A stretch of DNA of 64,000 nt from a bacterium (GTDB lineage Bacteria; Hinthialibacterota; Hinthialibacteria; Hinthialibacterales; Hinthialibacteraceae). The stretch spans positions 1 through 64,000 of the forward strand of contig CAXXSM010000160.1 in assembly GCA_963663405.2 (NCBI GenBank), read 5' to 3'. The position numbers were made by a program, and so were the translations under genes. The notes beneath the pieces were generated by a model that was given only the letters and a program-made list of their open reading frames with translations, did no database searches and was not told the origin of the DNA. Below are positions 58,419 through 64,000 of this stretch, one piece after another; the stretch's first letter is position 1; each line of letters starts with the position of its first letter.

Positions 58419-60574
58419 TTATTCCTGGTTTTTAAGGCACGCCATACAGATTCGAATTTGATCGTATGGAACCGTGCCGTTGAGGGCTTCGAAGACCGGT
58501 TTCATTCGGTCTGTATCCTGTTCCCGTACGATGGCCGCCACCCGCTGAAATGTTTCCCGATCGACCCAAGGTTCCGGTTCATCAATATTTTCCCGATTGA
58601 TAAATTCGACTAAATACTGAAGTGTCGTCGAACCAGCCCGGTCGATGATTTTTTGCACTTCTTCAATCGCCGTTCCCTTCGCAAAGAATTCGAAGGCTGT
58701 CTGACGGGCTTGGATTTGTGGTTTCTTTTTTACTGGTCTGGTTTTCTGGATTTCATCCGCAATGGATTTCACATCCATTTCGATGGAATGTTCAAGGCAG
58801 TATTTCTCGATCGCGGTGAGGAACAACGAGCCATAGGCGCGGCATTTGGCTTCTCCCACCCCACTGACATTCAGGAATTCTTCTTCCGTTGATGGGCGTT
58901 TCCGGGCCATGTCACGCAGCGCGGCGTCGCTGAATACAATAAACGCCGCGACATTCTTCTCGTTAGCGGTCTCCCGCCGAAGCGCCCGCAGTTCTTCAAA
59001 CAATCCCCGGTCAACGCCTTCCCATGAGCCTTTCGGCGTTACCGTTTTCTTTATGGGTGTTTGGCTAGTTTGGAGCAAACGCGGCGTTTCTTTTCCCTGC
59101 AGAACGCGCCATCCCCGGTCTGTTACCTGCAGCACGTTATATTCACCCGTCTTCTGCGCGTAATCCTGGGCCGTCAATTGCTCGATCCAATCCCGGACAT
59201 TGGTTTTCGAAAATTCGCTCAATATTCCATACGTGCTCAATTGATCGTGCCGGTTTTCTAAAATCCGCTTCTCTTGGGAACCAATCAGGACCAACGATGT
59301 GTATTCCGCGCCATAATTTTCCCCTAGCCGTTTAACGCAGGAAAGAATCTTCTGCGCGATGACCAGCGAATCGTCCCGCGTGTCCAGATCTCCCGCGCAT
59401 ACATCGCACGCGCCGCAATTTTCGTCCGCCAATGATTGCCCAAAATAGTTGAGAATCATCTGCCGCCGACAGTATTTACCCCCGTACAATAGTTATACAT
59501 TTCATTCAACTTGTTCAGCGCGGCGCGCATCGCTTCCGGCTCCAGTCCCCGGAGCAATGATTTCCAAACGCCGTAATCACCGCCGGAATAGATAAGCGTA
59601 CATTCGGCTTCGAGACCATCCCGGCCCGCCCGGCCGCTTTCTTGTTGGTAGTGTTCCAGCGATTTGGGCATGCCGGTATGGATCACGTATCGCACGTTCG
59701 ATTTATCGACTCCCATGCCAAACGCGACCGTGGCGACCATGATATCGGCTTTTTCTTGGAAGAATGTTTCTTGATTTTTCTTCCGGTCTGCGTCATTCAT
59801 CCCCGCATGATAGGGCAGCGCGTTATAGCCCCGTTGCGACAACTCCGCGCAGAGCGAGTCCACGTCGTTCCGGCGGATACAATAGATTATACCTGACTCG
59901 TTCTTGTGCCGGTCAAGAATTCCACAGACTTGATTGATGAGATCTGTCCGCCGTTCCGTTTGATAAAACAGATTCGGTCGATCGAACGAGCCGGTGATGA
60001 TTTTTGGATTCTCCAAACGCAGTTGTTTGGCGATATCGTTGCGCACGGGCTGAGTCGCGGTGGCAGTGTAGGCGTGGATCGCGATCCCAGGGATCGCTTC
60101 TTTTAATTGGCCCAGCTGGCGGTATTCGGGTCGGAAATCATGTCCCCACATACTGACGCAGTGCGCTTCATCAATGGCGATAAAAGCCAGGTCGATTTGT
60201 TTGAGAAAATCGATAAATCCTTTCGAAAACAATCGTTCGGGTGAAAGGTATAACAGAGAAATCTCTCCATTCAGGATTTGATCATAGAGGTATTTTCGAT
60301 CTATGTAAGACTGTTCGCTGTCGATCCGCGCCGCCGCAACGCCGCATTCCTTCAGCGAATCCACTTGATCCTTCATCAAAGAAATCAGGGGGGAAACGAC
60401 GAGACCGGTTCCCTTCATCGCCAGCGCCGGCGCTTGAAAACAGAGAGATTTTCCACCCCCTGTCGGCAGAACCACAATCGATTCCCGCCCCTCGAGGACG
60501 CACTCCATCGCCTCTTTTTGAAAAGGACGGAATTGAGTATACCCCCAGTATTGTTCTAACACACGCTCAATCAT
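58419..60574 (-). CDS. recQ: ATP-dependent DNA helicase RecQ; frameshift near 59480
   Basis: 'PTGGGKSLCFQ', 'IDEAHCVSMWGHDFRPEY', 'QESGRAGRDG'; second ORF has Zn site 'CRR..NYFG..CGACDVC', RQC and HRDC 'AAFIVFSDAAL'. Confidence 0.93.
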
Positions 60575-60864
60575 GATGATTATGACGATAGGAATCGGCT
60601 TGCGATTCAACTCGATCCAAGTTCACTTCAAATATTATTAAAAGTATAGGCAGGACCGTGGCGGGTGACCAGACGAAGAGAAATAGGAGCGTAAAAAAAA
60701 CAACGTGGAAGCTATGATGAAATATGAATTCTCCACCTTATCAAAAAATGGGTGTTGGAACTATGCTGAAAACAACGATGCAGTTATTCTAAATTTGATC
60801 TCACTAAGTAAAAATCATGTGGCTTTGATCGACATGGATAAGCCATTTATTGAGGAGAAATGTA

Positions 60865-63517
60865 ATGTTGACAAAACGCCGTTTTCAAATCGCTCTCACT
60901 GCGTTGTTCGCCTGTTGGCTATCAATGATAACGACTTGGACACTGGGCGCGGAACCGGAGGAAGAAAGCGCCTCCATCGCGCAATGGATCTGGCCGGATT
61001 TAAACGATCCGGCGCCGAAGAACCGGTTCACCTATTTCCGTAAAGTTGTGGATCTGGAAGAACAGCCTTCAGCGCATGAACTTTATTTCGCCGCCGATAG
61101 CAACGCGCGGCTCTGGATCAATGGAAATCTCGTCCGCCGGAAAGTGGCGCGGTATCACGAAGAACAGATCACCGCCGAGGTTATCAACGCCGCCCCGTAT
61201 TTACGAATAGGAAAAAACGTTGTCGTGGTTCTACATCATAATTGGGGAGACATCACAACGTTTCAACGCACCGGCAACCAACACGCCGGCCTTTATATCA
61301 ATAGCGAATGGCTCGTGAGTGACTCCACATGGCGCTGTGTGACGGCGCCCGAATTTCTTGCGCACGAGAAACAGATCGTCGGCGTGATCGGACATGCCCG
61401 CATCCGCTATCCCATCATCCTGGATGGAAGAAACGTCCTAGCGGGAGATATCCACGATCCCACTTTTGACGACGGCTCCTGGGAACAGGCGGTAATCGTT
61501 CCAGATGGTCCCTGGCCGGAGAAACCGGACGCGGTCGAGACTCCAGGACAGCGAGAATATCCTGTCATCCCGCTGAGTGTGTTAGCCGCCGGACAAGTTG
61601 AGTCTGATAAGCCGCTCTCGGATGATCCTCTTTCCATAGCGGCGCGAATACGAACCTCCAAATGCGTTCCGGATGAGACGTCTACGAACCAAGCCGGTCA
61701 AGTGTTAGTGGGCCATTCAACCATCATTTCGGGCCACGCTGGTGAGACTCGTTATCTCACCTTTGATTTCGGCGCGCCCACACATGGGTATCCTTTCTTC
61801 GAACTGGATGACGCGTCCGAAGGGGTGATGATCGATTTGGGTTATTGTGAAATCGCCCGGTCTTTGTACAGCGGAGAGGAGCATGTGAAACCTTCCGGCT
61901 GGATCAATGCCGAAGGCGTTGTTGGGCCAGGATACGCCGACCGGTACATCACCCGGTCCGGCGCGCAATCGGCTGAAATGCCAGATGAACGCACCGCCCG
62001 TTGGCTTACGCTGCATATTCATTTTGAAAATGACGGCGAAATCGAACTGCGCCGGGTGGGGATTGTGAAATCGCAGTACCCCATCAAGCCCATCGGCAGT
62101 TTCGATTGTGGCGATGAGCGGATGAATCAGATCGTCAAACTCTGTCTGATCCACGCCGAGGTCACGATGACCGACGCGTATGTCGATACGCCTGGCCGTG
62201 AAGACGGTCAATGGATCGAAGATGACCGCCCCCCGCGCGCAGATCGCCGCGTCGTGGTTCGGCGATTATCAACTGCGCCGGTTCCTAATCCGCACGCACG
62301 CCCAGGGGCAGGGCGAAGACGGGAACCTGCATCCCTTCTCTCCCAGCAACTATCCTGCCTATCCCGCGACCTTCGATTGGAGCGTCCAGTGGATCGCCTG
62401 TCTCTATGATGATTACATGTGGACGGGAGAGACGGATCTGCTCGAACGCTATTGGGGCAATATCTGCTTGTATTGGGATCGCGTTCTCTCCCATGTCAAC
62501 GATGAGGGGCTCTGGACAACCAATCAGGTATTGGCCGATATTCGTGTAGGCCTGCATCCTGAGAACGGGAAACAATCGAGCGGGATCGTCACGCCGTGGA
62601 TCATCGAACGGCTCCATTGGAGCGCGGATATGGCTTCCGCCATAGGCCGGAGTGAGAAAGCGAAAGCCTGGAAAAAGACCGCCGCCACGATGGAACAGGC
62701 GTTCCGGAAATTCCATATTGTTCCCGCCAGCGACACCATTCCCGCGCATGTGGGAGACCGCTTCGATCCAACGAATCCAAAATTGAGCCGCGGCTACAGC
62801 CAGGCGGGGCAGACGATCGCGATCACAACCGGTCTGATGAGCGGCCCGGACGCGCGCAAGAATATCAACTACGCGTTTCCCGCGCCCGATGGAACGCCCC
62901 CGGAAGGTGTCACGCGCTGGAATAATCCCACGTATGGATACCGGGTGCTGCGGGCGCTTTCCACGCTGGGCTTTACCGAACGCGCCGCCGCGCATTGCAT
63001 TGAACGCTATTCCCCCTACCTGCCCGGCAATCCCCGTAATCCGGTTCCTTTGATCCTGCAGGGCCCCTACGGCGGTCCGCTGCCGGAATATTGGGTCTCC
63101 CGCGAAGACCTGAATCTAAAACCCGGTCAAAAGAATCCTGCTCAGCCCCATGACGAAACCGGCTCCCACGGCTGGCAGTCGGTTCCCTTGCTCTGGCTGC
63201 ATGATACGCTGCTCGGAGTCAAGATTATCGAACCAGGCGGAGGCCGCATCCGCATCACCCCCGATGACGCCGGATTCCCCTATGTTGCCGGACATGTCTT
63301 AACACCGAAAGGCCTTGTCTGGGTGGACTGGGACGCGCAGACATTCACCCTGGAAATCGAAATTCCTGACGATGTCATCACCGAAGTCCTCATGCCCAAA
63401 GCCTGCCGTGGAAAACCACTTCAAATCATTGAAAAAGCGGGGAAAGTGAATACGCTTCCTCCTGGATTCAATTATGCTATTTATGAAGGTGGAAAGTATG
63501 TGTTTGGGGTGCGGTAA
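60865..63517 (+). CDS. Secreted alpha-L-rhamnosidase-like glycoside hydrolase (GH78-like); frameshift at C-run near 62228-62233
   Basis: Signal peptide; 'QWIW', 'YFRK', 'AADS...WING', 'FDFG', 'DTPGREDGQW', 'SHGW', 'LLGV', 'TPKG.V.V.W'. Confidence 0.75.
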
Positions 63518-63586
63518 ATACGGATGGTGTTTTTTTATACCGTGTAGATGATATTCGTATAGAATAACACCGAATGGATAGAAACG

Positions 63587-64000
63587 ATGCCCGTACAGGA
63601 AGAAACAAATCTCTATACGTACCAAGATTATCTATCCTGGCCCGATGAAGAACGTTGTGAACTGATCGGCGGGCGCGTTTATAGCATGACACCTGCGCCC
63701 AATACCAAGCATCAACGAATCGCCCTTCGTTTAGGCTCTTATCTTGAACGCGCTTTTCGCGATAAACCTTGCGAGCCGTGGATGGCTCCGACGGACGTGA
63801 TTCTCTCGGATTGTGATATTGTGCAACCGGATTTGTTTGTCATTTGTAATCCCGAGAAAGTAAAGGATAGAGGAATAGAAGGCGCGCCGGATCTTGTAAT
63901 CGAAATTCTCAGCCCCGCCACTGCCCGCAAAGACCGGTGGGAAAAGAAAAAACTCTATGAAAAAGCGGGGGTGAAAGAATATATTTTAATCGATCCCGAT
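63587..64000 (+). CDS. Uma2-family PD-(D/E)xK endonuclease; partial, runs off the window
   Basis: Read by eye: 'YTYQDYLSWPDEERCELIGG', 'TPAP..KHQ', 'VQPDLFVIC', 'GAPDLVIEILSP.T...D...K..LY..AGVKEY'. Confidence 0.9.
   Translation, partial: MPVQEETNLYTYQDYLSWPDEERCELIGGRVYSMTPAPNTKHQRIALRLGSYLERAFRDKPCEPWMAPTDVILSDCDIVQPDLFVICNPEKVKDRGIEGAPDLVIEILSPATARKDRWEKKKLYEKAGVKEYILIDPD

Noticed and set aside
59456-59489. Programmed frameshift or phase variation in recQ, and likewise in GH78 and the ligase
   Set aside because: The runs are short and similar breaks occur throughout the window; sequencing error is the simpler explanation.
56961-64000. VapBC, RecQ and Uma2 as a defence island
   Set aside because: They are common stand-alone genes interspersed with housekeeping and carbohydrate-active genes, with no coherent defence operon.
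1-64000. CRISPR arrays, tRNA or rRNA genes, known riboswitches
   Set aside because: No repeat-spacer periodicity or recognisable structural RNA signature found by eye; an Infernal/Rfam scan would be needed to exclude them fully.

Overview
Bacterial chromosomal window with no rRNA, tRNA, CRISPR array or recognisable mobile element. Many otherwise intact genes carry single-base frameshifts, often at homopolymers, which points to an unpolished long-read assembly or MAG. Contents in order: ankyrin lipoprotein, trkA/trkH, PHP phosphatase, cysC, Rrf2 regulator, sirC; a lipidated GspG-like protein, adk, bshA; a sigma-54 flagellar hook/stator operon (fliK about 1000 aa, flgD, flgE 1036 aa, flbD, motA, two motB, maf); folB, recG; secreted CBM9-like and LamG proteins around a GT2 and a PpiC lipoprotein; an AAA-only sigma-54 activator; acyl-AMP ligase and ACP-PlsC; an AT-rich BlaI/BlaR1, pilin-like, 12-Cys peptide, partner cassette; birA, rarA, a membrane protein; a 2808-aa dockerin/IPT/beta-helix/TolB/cohesin protein; ABC permease, ppk2, deacetylase, VapBC, hemolysin III, recQ, GH78, Uma2. 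The strongest unexplained signal is a short C-terminal motif, V-x-[D/N/C]-W-x-[L/I]-[Y/H]-COOH, ending three unrelated signal-peptide proteins, with a degenerate copy on the BlaR1 sensor. It is a candidate lineage-specific protein sorting or secretion signal. Gene style suggests an OLB16/Hinthialibacterota- or Sumerlaeota-like organism (inference from recall, not tested). All family calls come from reading motifs by eye; no searches were run.
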